64,000 nt of DNA from the NCBI GenBank assembly GCA_963720755.1, contig CAVRGP010000001.1, positions 71,968 to 135,967 of the forward strand. Direction: 5' to 3'. The notes beneath the pieces were generated by a model. That model was not told the DNA's origin, did not search any database, and saw only the letters and a program-made list of their open reading frames with translations. The stretch is from an uncultured Chloroflexia bacterium. GTDB lineage: Bacteria > Chloroflexota > Limnocylindria > Limnocylindrales > CSP1-4. Both the position numbers and the translations under genes were made by a program. Numbering within the stretch: the stretch's first letter is position 1; each line of letters begins with the position of its first letter. Below, one piece after another: positions 9,409 to 20,059 of this stretch.

Positions 9409-11131
9409 TCCGCCTGCTCGCCGCGTATCTGCGACCGTACCGTCGGGCGCTCACCCTCGTGGTCGCTCTCCTGTTCGTCCAGGCCATCGCGACCCTGTAC
9501 CTGCCCGAGCTGAACGCCGACATCATCAACAACGGCATCGCCAAGGGCGATACCGGCTACATCCTCTCGACCGGTGCCTTGATGCTCGGGATCTCGCTGA
9601 TCGTGGTCGTCGCCTCGATCATCGCCGTGTACTGGGGCTCGAAGACGGGGATGGCCTTCGGGCGAGACGTCCGGAGCGCGATCTTCCGGAAGGTGGAGAG
9701 CTTCTCGCGGGCCGAACTCGATACGTTCGGGACGCCATCGCTGATCACCCGCAACACCAACGATGTCCAGCAGGTCCAGATGATCGTCCTGATGGGCCTC
9801 AACATGATGATCATCGCCCCGATCCTCGCCATCGGCGGGGTGATCATGGCCCTCCGCCAGGACATCCCCCTGTCGGGCATCCTGATCGTGATCCTCCCGA
9901 TCATGGCCTTGATCATCACCCTGATGATGCGGCGGGCGATCCCACTGTTCCAGGCGATGCAGGTCAAGATCGATCGGATCAATCAGGTGACCCGCGAAGC
10001 CCTCAGCGGCATCCGGGTGATCAGGGCGTTCGTTCGGACTCACCACGAGGAGGAGCGCTTCGAGGTCGCCAACCAGGACCTCACCTCGACCTCGCTCCGG
10101 GTCAACCGGCTGTTCGCGCTGATGATCCCGTTGTTGATGCTGATCTTCAACCTGTCGACCGTCGCGATCCTGTGGTTCGGCAGCCTCCGCGTCGACAGCG
10201 GCGAGATGCCGATCGGGAACCTCATCGCCTTCCTGCAGTACGTCATGCAGATCCTGATGGCGGTGATGATGGCCGTGTTCATGTTCACGATGGTGCCGCG
10301 GGCCATCGTCTCCGCGAACCGGATCCAGGAAGTCCTGCGGACCAGGCCGACGATCGGCGACCCCGACGTGCCCGCGGAACCGGGGCCCGGCGCTGGGTCG
10401 CTTGCCTTCCAGGATGTCGAATTCCGGTACCCGGGCGCGCAGGACCCGGTCCTCAGCGATATCTCGCTGGTGGTCGAGGCGGGCAGGACGACGGCCATCG
10501 TCGGCAGTACCGGCAGCGGCAAGTCGACCCTCGTCAACCTGATCCCACGGTTCTACGACGTGACCGGCGGCCAGCTCGACATCGACGGGGTGGACGTGCA
10601 GTCCATCACCCGCGACGACCTGTGGGGCCGGATCGGGCTCGTCCCGCAGAAGGCGTTCCTGTTCAGCGGGACGATCGCCAGCAACCTTCGCTTCGGCAAG
10701 GCGGATGCGACCGACGACGAACTGTGGGCCGCGTTGCGGATCGCCCAGGCCGAGTCGTTCGTCCGGGATCTCGCGGACGGTCTCGATGCGCCGGTCGAGC
10801 AGGGCGGCACCAACCTGTCCGGTGGGCAGCGTCAGCGGCTGGCGATCGCGCGCGCCCTGGTGAAGCGTCCGGAGATCTACATCTTCGATGACAGCTTCTC
10901 CGCGCTGGACTTCAAGACGGACGCGCTGCTCCGTGCGGCGCTGGAGGCGGAGATCCAGGATGCCACCGTGATCATCGTCGCCCAGCGGGTGGGGACGATC
11001 ATGGGCGCCGACCGCATCGTCGTCCTCGACAAGGGCTCCATCGCGGGCATGGGCACGCACCAGGAACTGATGGTGAGCTGCGAGACGTACCGTGAGATCG
11101 TGTTCTCGCAGCTCAGCGCCGAGGAAGCGGC

Positions 11132-11135
<4 letters not shown>
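9405..11135 (+). CDS. Heterodimeric ABC exporter, degenerate-site subunit (TM287/EfrA-like)
   Basis: TM domain with SLITRNTNDV, Walker A GSTGSGKST, LSGGQRQR, Walker B IFDD and Q replacing the switch H (VAQR). Confidence 0.9.
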
Positions 11136-13078
<1,943 letters not shown>

Positions 13079-13082
13079 TCGG

Positions 13083-13910
13083 TCAGGCCGGCCAGTACTG
13101 CTCGCTTCGGATGGCGTCGTCGGCCAGACCGTGGCCGGCCAGCACCGAACTCGCAGCGCCGATCATCGCGGGGTTGCCGCACAGGTAGGCGACGGTCCGA
13201 TCCGGATCAAGGTCGTGCGTGGCGCAGACCGACGGGAGGATGGCATCGACCCGACCGACCGGGCCTCGCCAGCCCGTGTTCCCGGGAGCATCGGGCCGCG
13301 AGATCGCCGGGATGTAGGTCACGGATCCACCCGCCTGCCACCGCTCGAAGCGCTCTCGATAGGCCAGCTCCGGAGCATGGGCGACGCCATGGATCACGAC
13401 CACCCGCGGTGGCGCCGATCCACCCAGGAGCGTCGCGGTCATCGCCACGAACGGCGCCAATCCGGTCCCGGTCGCGATGAACAGATGGGTCCGGAGGTCA
13501 TCCGGGATCCGGCGGAACAACCCCTTGGGTGGACCGAGGTGCAATCGATCCCCCACCCCGACCTTCCAGAGGCGCGGCGTGAACGCTCCGTGCGGCACGA
13601 GCCGGATGAGGAACTCGAGCTCATCCCGCGGCCCGGCGGGTGACGCCGTCGAGTACGGGCGCTGCAGGATCCGGCCGTCGACCGGCAAGCCCAGGGTCAG
13701 GTACTGGCCAGGCTCGACGTGGGACGTCGGGACATCGGGACGGATCGTGAACCGGGCGATCGACGGGGTCAGGTCGTGGCGCTCGATGACCGTCGCGTTG
13801 TCGACGGCCGCCACCCGGGAGCGTGCCGTGACCCCGGGCGGTGGCAGGCTTTGGAGAGACGGGCGCGGGCGCTCCGGGAGCGGCCGGCGAAGATCCAGGT
13901 CGGCAGTCAT
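13083..13910 (-). CDS. Ferredoxin--NAD(P)+ reductase-like FAD-binding oxidoreductase
   Basis: PGQYLTLG, RPYSTAS, GAFT, IATGTGLAPF, YLCGNPAM, EQYW. Confidence 0.88.
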   Translation of the reverse strand: MTADLDLRRPLPERPRPSLQSLPPPGVTARSRVAAVDNATVIERHDLTPSIARFTIRPDVPTSHVEPGQYLTLGLPVDGRILQRPYSTASPAGPRDELEFLIRLVPHGAFTPRLWKVGVGDRLHLGPPKGLFRRIPDDLRTHLFIATGTGLAPFVAMTATLLGGSAPPRVVVIHGVAHAPELAYRERFERWQAGGSVTYIPAISRPDAPGNTGWRGPVGRVDAILPSVCATHDLDPDRTVAYLCGNPAMIGAASSVLAGHGLADDAIRSEQYWPA

Positions 13911-13911
13911 A

Positions 13912-14202
13912 TCAGGCGGCCGATTCGAGCTCGACCACGACCGCCCGGGCGGCATCGGGGTCGCGGTACCAGGCCGCATCGATCCAGGCGAAGTCGACCC
14001 AGGCCGGTGGCAGCTGGTCGGCCCGGAAGATCGCCCCGTTCGGGCAGGCGGATTCGCACGAGCCGCAATCGATGCAGGCGTCCGGGTCGATGTAGAACTT
14101 CCGGTCGACGGTGAGGTCGGCAGTGATGCAGTCGACCGGGCAGACAGCCACGCAGGACTGGTCGGCGTGGTCGATACAGGGTTGCGCGATGACGTAGGAC
14201 AT
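13912..14202 (-). CDS. Ferredoxin (7Fe/dicluster type, FdxA-like)
   Basis: YVIAQPC..DQSCVAVCPVDCI and IDPDACIDCGSCESACP. GGAG RBS. Confidence 0.92.
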   Translation of the reverse strand: MSYVIAQPCIDHADQSCVAVCPVDCITADLTVDRKFYIDPDACIDCGSCESACPNGAIFRADQLPPAWVDFAWIDAAWYRDPDAARAVVVELESAA

Positions 14203-14319
14203 GGCGTCCGCTCCAGCTACTTCGGTTTGATCCGAACCTCACTGTCGCGCGACGCGATGAGTCGTGAATGTGCCCTGGATGTGAAATCACCCATCTCCCG
14301 GACGGGCGATCGTCCGCGG

Positions 14320-15630
14320 TCAGGCGGCCGGCGGACCGTGGGCGGCCGGCAACTCCACGGTGAACATCGCCCCACCACCCGGTGCGTCATCGACGCGGAC
14401 CGTCCCGCCATGGGCGATCGCGATCCGCCGACCGATGGCCAGGCCGAGACCGGTCCCGCCGGCGCGATCGCGGCGGACCCCCGGCAATCGGGTGAATGGG
14501 TCGAAGACGCGCTCGCGCTCCGCGGCCGGGATGCCCGGGCCCTGGTCACTGACGGACAGTTCGACGTGCTTCGCCTGGCGCCGAACAGCGACCGTCACGA
14601 CACCGCCTCGAGGCGAATGGTCGAACGCATTGTCAAGCAGGATGAGGAGGAGCTGGACGAGCCGGTCGCGATCGCCGTTGACGAGCGACGAGGCTGGCGG
14701 AACTGGATCGACGATGAGCTCCACGCCACGCGACGCCGCCAGGGCGGCAGCCTGCCTGACCGTGTCGGCGGCCATCGAGGCGACCTCCATCGGATGGGCA
14801 TCCAGGACGATGCCCGTGGCATCGGCCGCCGCGAGCTGGAGCAGGTCGCCGACGAGGCGTCCGAGTCGGTCGGCCTCCGCGATGATGTCGGCCACGAGCG
14901 GTTCGCCATCGGCGGACACGAGCGCCTCACGCTCGACCACGTCGGCGTTGGCCCGGATGAGCGCGGCCGGCGTTCGAAGTTCGTGCGAGGCATCGGCGAC
15001 GAACCGGCGCTGGGCGTCGAAGGACCGGCGGATGGGCACGAGTGCGCGGCCCGTCACGATCACGGTGACCAGGGCCGCTCCGATGAGCCCGATCCCGCCC
15101 ACGAGCAGGATGGCCGTGACGATGCTCTGCGATTGCTCGTCGTGGAGGGTGAGGACCAGTCCGCCCTGGACATAGCCGACGAGCTGGCCGCCGGCCCCCG
15201 ACGGCTCGACGGCAACGGTCAGCAGCCGGATCTCCTGCCCGCCGGCCTCGACGGTCCGCAGGTCGCGCCCGCTGACCGCCGCGGCATCGACGGCCGCCTG
15301 GTCCGGAAGGCCGGGCAAGGCGATCCGGGATGGATTCGAGACGACCGTCCCGCTCGGATCGAGGACCAGCACGAAGGTGTCCGAATTCGACGGCACGACG
15401 TCCTCGGAATCACCGCTGTCAGACGTTTCCGGTAGACCATCGTGGAGCGCCTTGGCGGCCGCATCGACGCTCGTGGCCAGCGCCCGGTCCACATCGGCAT
15501 CGAGCGCTTCCAGCGTGATCAAAGCGGTCGCGGCGCCGATGCCGATGACCAGCAGGGCGATGAGGCTGAGGGTGACGACCGAGAGCCGTCGCCGGGTGCG
15601 CCGAAGCAGGCGCGAGGTCGGGTCGGTCAC
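14320..15630 (-). CDS. Sensor histidine kinase (two TM helices, HisKA + HATPase)
   Basis: FVADASHELRTP, LLDNA, DQGPGI, GGTGLGLAI. Confidence 0.93.
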   Translation of the reverse strand: MTDPTSRLLRRTRRRLSVVTLSLIALLVIGIGAATALITLEALDADVDRALATSVDAAAKALHDGLPETSDSGDSEDVVPSNSDTFVLVLDPSGTVVSNPSRIALPGLPDQAAVDAAAVSGRDLRTVEAGGQEIRLLTVAVEPSGAGGQLVGYVQGGLVLTLHDEQSQSIVTAILLVGGIGLIGAALVTVIVTGRALVPIRRSFDAQRRFVADASHELRTPAALIRANADVVEREALVSADGEPLVADIIAEADRLGRLVGDLLQLAAADATGIVLDAHPMEVASMAADTVRQAAALAASRGVELIVDPVPPASSLVNGDRDRLVQLLLILLDNAFDHSPRGGVVTVAVRRQAKHVELSVSDQGPGIPAAERERVFDPFTRLPGVRRDRAGGTGLGLAIGRRIAIAHGGTVRVDDAPGGGAMFTVELPAAHGPPAA

Positions 15631-16301
15631 GATGCCCCACGAAGGGTGTAGCCGACACCTCGCACGGTGCGCAGGCGATCCGCTCGATCGAGCTCGCCGA
15701 GCTTGCGGCGGAGATAGTGGATGTACAGATCGACCACGTTGGAATAGACGTCGGGTTCGGCGCCCCAGACGGCGTCCAGGATCTGATGACGGGTCACCAC
15801 CTGACCGGCATGGCGGATGAGGAACCCGAGCAGCGCGTACTCGCGCGCGGACAGGTCCACGACCCGATCGCCGACCTGGACCGCATGCCTGAGTTCATCG
15901 AGTTCGAGATCACCGGCCACGAGACGCGATTCGGTGGCGACCGCCGGGCGCCGGCCGAGGGCACGGATCCGAGCAACCAGCTCTGCGAATGAGAACGGTT
16001 TCGGCAGGTAGTCGTCGGCGCCGGCGTCGAGCCCGGCGATCCGCTCCTCGACCGAACCGAGGGCCGTCAGCAGAAGGACGGGCGTCGCGATCGCCTTGGC
16101 CCGGAGCATTCGAAGGACGGTCAGACCGTCGATGTCGGGCAGCATCCGGTCGAGGACGATCGCGTCGTAGGTACCCAGTTCGGCCAGCCCGAGGGCGGTC
16201 ACACCATCGGCGGCGAGGTCGACGGTATGCCGCTCGGCGACCAGCACTCGCCGAATCAGGCCAGCCATCTTCGGTTCATCTTCGACCACGAGGATCCGCA
16301 T
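15627..16301 (-). CDS. OmpR/PhoB family response regulator (MprA-like)
   Basis: MRILVVEDE, LDRMLP, GADDYLPKPF, VVDLYIHYLRRKL, TVRGVGY. The long upstream extension of the ORF is spurious. Confidence 0.93.
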   Translation of the reverse strand: MRILVVEDEPKMAGLIRRVLVAERHTVDLAADGVTALGLAELGTYDAIVLDRMLPDIDGLTVLRMLRAKAIATPVLLLTALGSVEERIAGLDAGADDYLPKPFSFAELVARIRALGRRPAVATESRLVAGDLELDELRHAVQVGDRVVDLSAREYALLGFLIRHAGQVVTRHQILDAVWGAEPDVYSNVVDLYIHYLRRKLGELDRADRLRTVRGVGYTLRGAS

Positions 16302-16352
16302 CGCCAGAGTCTGGAGGCAGATGCCGCCCGAAGTCGAGAGCCCAACGGCATA

Positions 16353-16369
16353 TCTTTGAAGGTTCTCAT
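16353..16369 (+). promoter_or_regulatory. Degenerate direct-repeat box upstream of the flavinylation cluster B operon
   Basis: TCTTTG-aaggt-TCTCAT, with the same 11-bp period as the other boxes. Confidence 0.35.
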
Positions 16370-16443
16370 CTCGGGCACACAGGCATCCAAGGGGCCGCGC
16401 CGACTCTGGGGCAAGACAGAACCCCGAATCGGAGGACCCAAAG

Positions 16444-16713
16444 ATGTCGAACAAGATCGCCCTCACCGTCGCATCGGTGGCGGCAACTGCCACCCTCACC
16501 ATCGCGCTGGCTGCCGCCGGTTTCGCGCCAGCGTCTCCGGCCCCGGTCGGCGCGGCCGTACCAGCCACGGCCGACCCGACCGCCGAACCGACCGTGCAGG
16601 TCGATACCGTGTACGTCGCCGCGCCGCCGAAGCAGCAGACCATCACCGTCCACAAGGTCGTCAAGTCGTCCGGTGAGTCCGAGAACGAACATGAATCGGG
16701 CGGGAACGACTGA
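16444..16713 (+). CDS. Small exported hypothetical protein (89 aa)
   Basis: GGAGG RBS, signal-peptide-like N-terminus, Pro/Ala linker, acidic C-tail ESENEHESGGND. First gene of the operon leading to apbE. Confidence 0.72.
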   Translation: MSNKIALTVASVAATATLTIALAAAGFAPASPAPVGAAVPATADPTAEPTVQVDTVYVAAPPKQQTITVHKVVKSSGESENEHESGGND

Positions 16714-16714
16714 G

Positions 16715-17182
16715 ATGACTGAACCTCTGACCAGCGGCCGACCGCTGCCACCCCGACCATCGGGCGCGCTGCCGCCCCGACCATCTGGCGCGCTGCCGCC
16801 CCGACCATCGACGTCGCCTCAGGCGACGACGCAAACGACGGTCGGAACGGCGGACCCGGCGCCGTCCGGACGACCCCCGTTGGTCCGCAAGCAGCGGCCT
16901 GACGCCGGCCCGCTCCGGATCGTTCTTGGGCTGACGGCCGTGGCCACCACCAGCGCCGTCATCACCGCCCTCCTGGCGCCCAGCGGCGGCACCGCCACGA
17001 ACGGTTCGGCCACGATCCTGACGACCGCGGCAGATCCGGCCCCGGCCGCGATCAAGCACGTGATCCGCTACGTCCAATTGGCCCCCGGCCAGACGGCGCC
17101 GCCACAGGCGGTCGTCAAGCAGCAACCCGCCCCAAAGCCCCGAGTCGTCGTCGTCACCACCAAGCAGTCGGGCAAGCCGTGA
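16715..17182 (+). CDS. Single-pass membrane hypothetical protein, candidate ApbE substrate
   Basis: ATG 2 nt after the previous stop, stop overlaps the apbE start (GTGA), one hydrophobic helix, C-terminus VVVVTTKQSGKP. Confidence 0.7.
   Translation: MTEPLTSGRPLPPRPSGALPPRPSGALPPRPSTSPQATTQTTVGTADPAPSGRPPLVRKQRPDAGPLRIVLGLTAVATTSAVITALLAPSGGTATNGSATILTTAADPAPAAIKHVIRYVQLAPGQTAPPQAVVKQQPAPKPRVVVVTTKQSGKP
16743..16813 (+). repeat. 24-bp tandem repeat x3 (LPPRPSGA) inside CDS
   Basis: Three near-identical copies of cgctgccgccccgaccatcgggcg. Confidence 0.85.
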
Positions 17183-18144
17183 CCAGCGCGACCCTGGACG
17201 AACCGATCACCAGCGTGTCGTGCACGGCCCCGCTCATGGGTGGGCAGGTGGGCATCCACCTCGACGCCTCCGAGCGGGCTGGCGCGGCCACCCGCGACGC
17301 CGATGCGGTTCTGCGACGGATCTCGGCGTGGGCCGATCGATTGACGCGGTTCTCCGAGACGTCCGAGCTGAGCCGTCTCAACAGGGATCCAGAGCCCGCC
17401 GTCGCCGTCGGTCCGACGATGGCGACGATCCTCGATTGGGGCCGTTCGGCCGAGGGGATGACCGGTGGCATCGTGGACATCGGGCTCCTCGATGCCCGAC
17501 TCGAGGCTGAGTCTGCGACCGCCGCAGGCCGCCCGACGGCCGGAAGCGGCCCCAGGTCCTTCGCATCGCGGCACTGGTCACTCGAACGACAGGCGCGGGG
17601 AGCCATCGTCCATCGTCCGTCCGGCCTTCGTTTCGACCTGGATGGGATCGGCAAAGGATGGCTGGCCGACCGCGCCCTCGACCTGCTCCGCGGCTACGGG
17701 GCCGCGGTCGTCGACGCCGACGGAGACATCGCGATCCGGCTCGACGAGGGACGGACGTGGTCGTTCGGCGTGGCGGATCCGACGACCGACGGACACGACC
17801 TGGCGATCCTGCACCTCCGTGCCCGGGTCGACCGACCGGGACGGGCCGGGCGGTTCGGCCTCGCGACCTCAGGGACGAGCGTCCACCGCTGGGGCGACGG
17901 TGAGCGCGCCACGCATCACCTCATCGATCCGCGCACCGGCTTCCCCGCGACGACCGACGTCGTGCAGGCGACCGTGCTGGCGGGCACCGCCCGACAGGCT
18001 GAGGCCCTGGCCAAGGCGGTCGTCATCCTCGGGTCGGAGGCCGGTCTGGATCTGCTCGATCGGGTCGGCGTCGACGGTGCGCTGTTGCTGACCGAGGAAC
18101 CTTCCGTCCTCGTCCATCCCTCGACATTCCGGTGGTTGTCGTGA
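17179..18144 (+). CDS. apbE: FAD:protein FMN transferase (ApbE family), second copy, no evident signal peptide
   Basis: LMGG, LTRFSETSELSRLN, DLDGIGKGW, DADGDI, ATSG, HHLIDPRTG, AEALAKA. Confidence 0.9.
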   Translation: MTSATLDEPITSVSCTAPLMGGQVGIHLDASERAGAATRDADAVLRRISAWADRLTRFSETSELSRLNRDPEPAVAVGPTMATILDWGRSAEGMTGGIVDIGLLDARLEAESATAAGRPTAGSGPRSFASRHWSLERQARGAIVHRPSGLRFDLDGIGKGWLADRALDLLRGYGAAVVDADGDIAIRLDEGRTWSFGVADPTTDGHDLAILHLRARVDRPGRAGRFGLATSGTSVHRWGDGERATHHLIDPRTGFPATTDVVQATVLAGTARQAEALAKAVVILGSEAGLDLLDRVGVDGALLLTEEPSVLVHPSTFRWLS

Positions 18145-18875
18145 AATTCCGTGGCCTCGATCCTCGAACCCGATGGCTCCGTTGGGGCCTTCCCGCGATC
18201 GCCATCGGGATCGTCCTTGGCGCGACCGGACCCCGCGCCCTCGACGCCCTGGCGGTGACCTGGGAGACGAACCGGTCCATGCTGCCGTGGGTGTTCGAGC
18301 GCCTCTTCGGCTTCGGTGCCTACCTGGCGATGACCGGATCCGTGATCTACGGCCTCCTCCTGTCGACGAAGCTGCTCGATGCCATCGCCCATCGGCCGAT
18401 CACCTTCTCGCTCCATCAGGACCTGGCCAGCATCGGCCTGGGGATGGCGGCGATCCACGGCATGCTCCTGGGGCTCGACAAGTCGATGCCGTTCACGCTG
18501 GCCCAGATCGCGGTCCCCGGGATGGCACCGTACGCCCCGATCTGGGTCGCCGTCGGGCAGATCGCCTTCTATCTGATGGCCCTCGTCGTCGGAAGCTTCT
18601 ATGTCCGCAAGACGATCGGCCAGCGGGCGTGGCGGACCCTCCACTACGTGACGTTCCTCGCCTTCGTGGGCGCGACGGCCCACGGTGTGATGTCCGGGTC
18701 GGACAGTTCCAGCCTGTGGGCCTGGTGGATGTACGTCAGCTCGGCTGTCGCGGTCGTCTTCCTGCTCGTCTACCGGATCGCGGTCTCGATCGGCGGATCC
18801 AGGTCGGCAGTCCCCGGCCGGACCGCCGACCCGATCCAGCGTTCGATGGAGGGCGTCAGCGGGGCCGAGGCGTAG
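18141..18875 (+). CDS. Ferric reductase-like transmembrane (MsrQ-like) heme protein without FNR domain
   Basis: Paired His in LHQDLA...AIHG and WRTLHY...TAHG, GSDS motif, GTGA-coupled start. Confidence 0.85.
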   Translation: MKFRGLDPRTRWLRWGLPAIAIGIVLGATGPRALDALAVTWETNRSMLPWVFERLFGFGAYLAMTGSVIYGLLLSTKLLDAIAHRPITFSLHQDLASIGLGMAAIHGMLLGLDKSMPFTLAQIAVPGMAPYAPIWVAVGQIAFYLMALVVGSFYVRKTIGQRAWRTLHYVTFLAFVGATAHGVMSGSDSSSLWAWWMYVSSAVAVVFLLVYRIAVSIGGSRSAVPGRTADPIQRSMEGVSGAEA

Positions 18876-18910
18876 GGCACCATCGGCCCGGCGTCGGCCT
18901 CCCCGCTCCC

Positions 18911-19456
18911 CTACCGATCGGGCTCGAGCTCGCGCCGCAGGCGGGCCCGGCCTCGCGAGATGCGACTGGCGATCGTGCCCTCGGGAACGGACAGCATCCG
19001 GGCGATCTCGCCATGCGTGTACCCGTCGACCGTGCTCAGGAGGAGCGCGGCGCGAGTCGGAGCGTCGAGCGCCGACAGCGCCGCCCACAGGTCAGGGTCG
19101 ACCGGGTCGTGCCACGGGCGCGGCTCGATCCGCTTGATCGCCGCCAGCCAGCGCCGTCGACCGCGAAGGTGGTTGAACGCGAGTCGCAGACCGATCGTGT
19201 ACAACCAGGCTCGGACATCGACGCCATCGAACCGATCCCACGAGCGGAAGGCCTTGAGGTAGGCGTCCTGTGCCACGTCCTCGGCGTCGCGCTCGTCGCC
19301 AAGCACGAGGACAAGCCGGCGGATCAGGTTCGCATAGTGGGGTCCGACCGCGGCCTCGAAGGTGGCGTGATCGACCTCTGGCGATGCGCGTCGATCGGCG
19401 GGCACCGAGGGTCGGACCGAACCGGCGGTCGGCTCGATCGTTTCGGCGCCGGTCAC
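18911..19456 (-). CDS. ECF RNA polymerase sigma-70 factor
   Basis: DAEDVAQDAYLKA, AWLYTI (region 2) and GYTHGEIARMLSVPEGTIASRISRGR (region 4). GTG 19456 overlaps the upstream stop. Confidence 0.9.
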   Translation of the reverse strand: MTGAETIEPTAGSVRPSVPADRRASPEVDHATFEAAVGPHYANLIRRLVLVLGDERDAEDVAQDAYLKAFRSWDRFDGVDVRAWLYTIGLRLAFNHLRGRRRWLAAIKRIEPRPWHDPVDPDLWAALSALDAPTRAALLLSTVDGYTHGEIARMLSVPEGTIASRISRGRARLRRELEPDR

Positions 19457-19959
19457 GGCATCGGGATCCCGACGCACGCGCCGACGCCGGTCGCGCCGAC
19501 CCGCTGGTCGACCACCATGATGACCTGGCCATCATCGAGGAGGGCGCCCGGGATCACGTAGCCGTGGGTCGGCGCGATCGACTGGTGGGTCGTCGATGAC
19601 GTGCCCTTGCCGCCGTCGGCGCCGATGACCGCTCCCGATTCGACCTGCCAATCGACATCGGTGAACCCATGGCCGGCCAGGAATGCTGCGGCTTCCGGTG
19701 GCGTCATGCACTCCATCTCGGCGCCGGCCAGTGGCTGGCCCGGGTTCTCGATCCCGGGATGACTCTGCGCCAGCTGCGAAACGACGACCCCGGCCGCCGT
19801 CGTGGCGACGACGGCGAGGGCCAGCGCCGGAGCCAGGGCGATGGGGAGCGCAAACCGCCGTCGGTGGCGTCCCGGCAGTACGGGCGGCCCGCCCGACGCA
19901 GGCGCCCGGCCCTCGAGGGCGGCCAACCGCGCGCTGAGATCCTGGTCGAAGTCCTGCAT
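19453..19959 (-). CDS. Single-pass membrane protein, putative anti-sigma factor
   Basis: Short N-terminal helix (DFDQDLSARLAAL), RHRRR then a TM helix, extracellular domain with two Cys. AAGGTGA RBS, coupled to the sigma gene. Confidence 0.55.
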   Translation of the reverse strand: MQDFDQDLSARLAALEGRAPASGGPPVLPGRHRRRFALPIALAPALALAVVATTAAGVVVSQLAQSHPGIENPGQPLAGAEMECMTPPEAAAFLAGHGFTDVDWQVESGAVIGADGGKGTSSTTHQSIAPTHGYVIPGALLDDGQVIMVVDQRVGATGVGACVGIPMP

Positions 19960-20059
19960 CGCGTCACCTTCGCGCATCGGCGGGATCGATGTGTCCGCCA
20001 TTCACCCGATACAACACCGCGGACCGCCGGATCCATGCGGCGTGTGGCACCATCGACCG

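Noticed and set aside
14255-14292. GTGA/TCAC-like half sites upstream of the ferredoxin as a CRP/FNR/Rex site
   Set aside because: The spacing does not fit the known palindromic consensus sequences.
16743-16813. Possible mini-CRISPR array
   Set aside because: The repeats are directly adjacent with no unique spacers, in frame within a CDS, and no cas genes are present.
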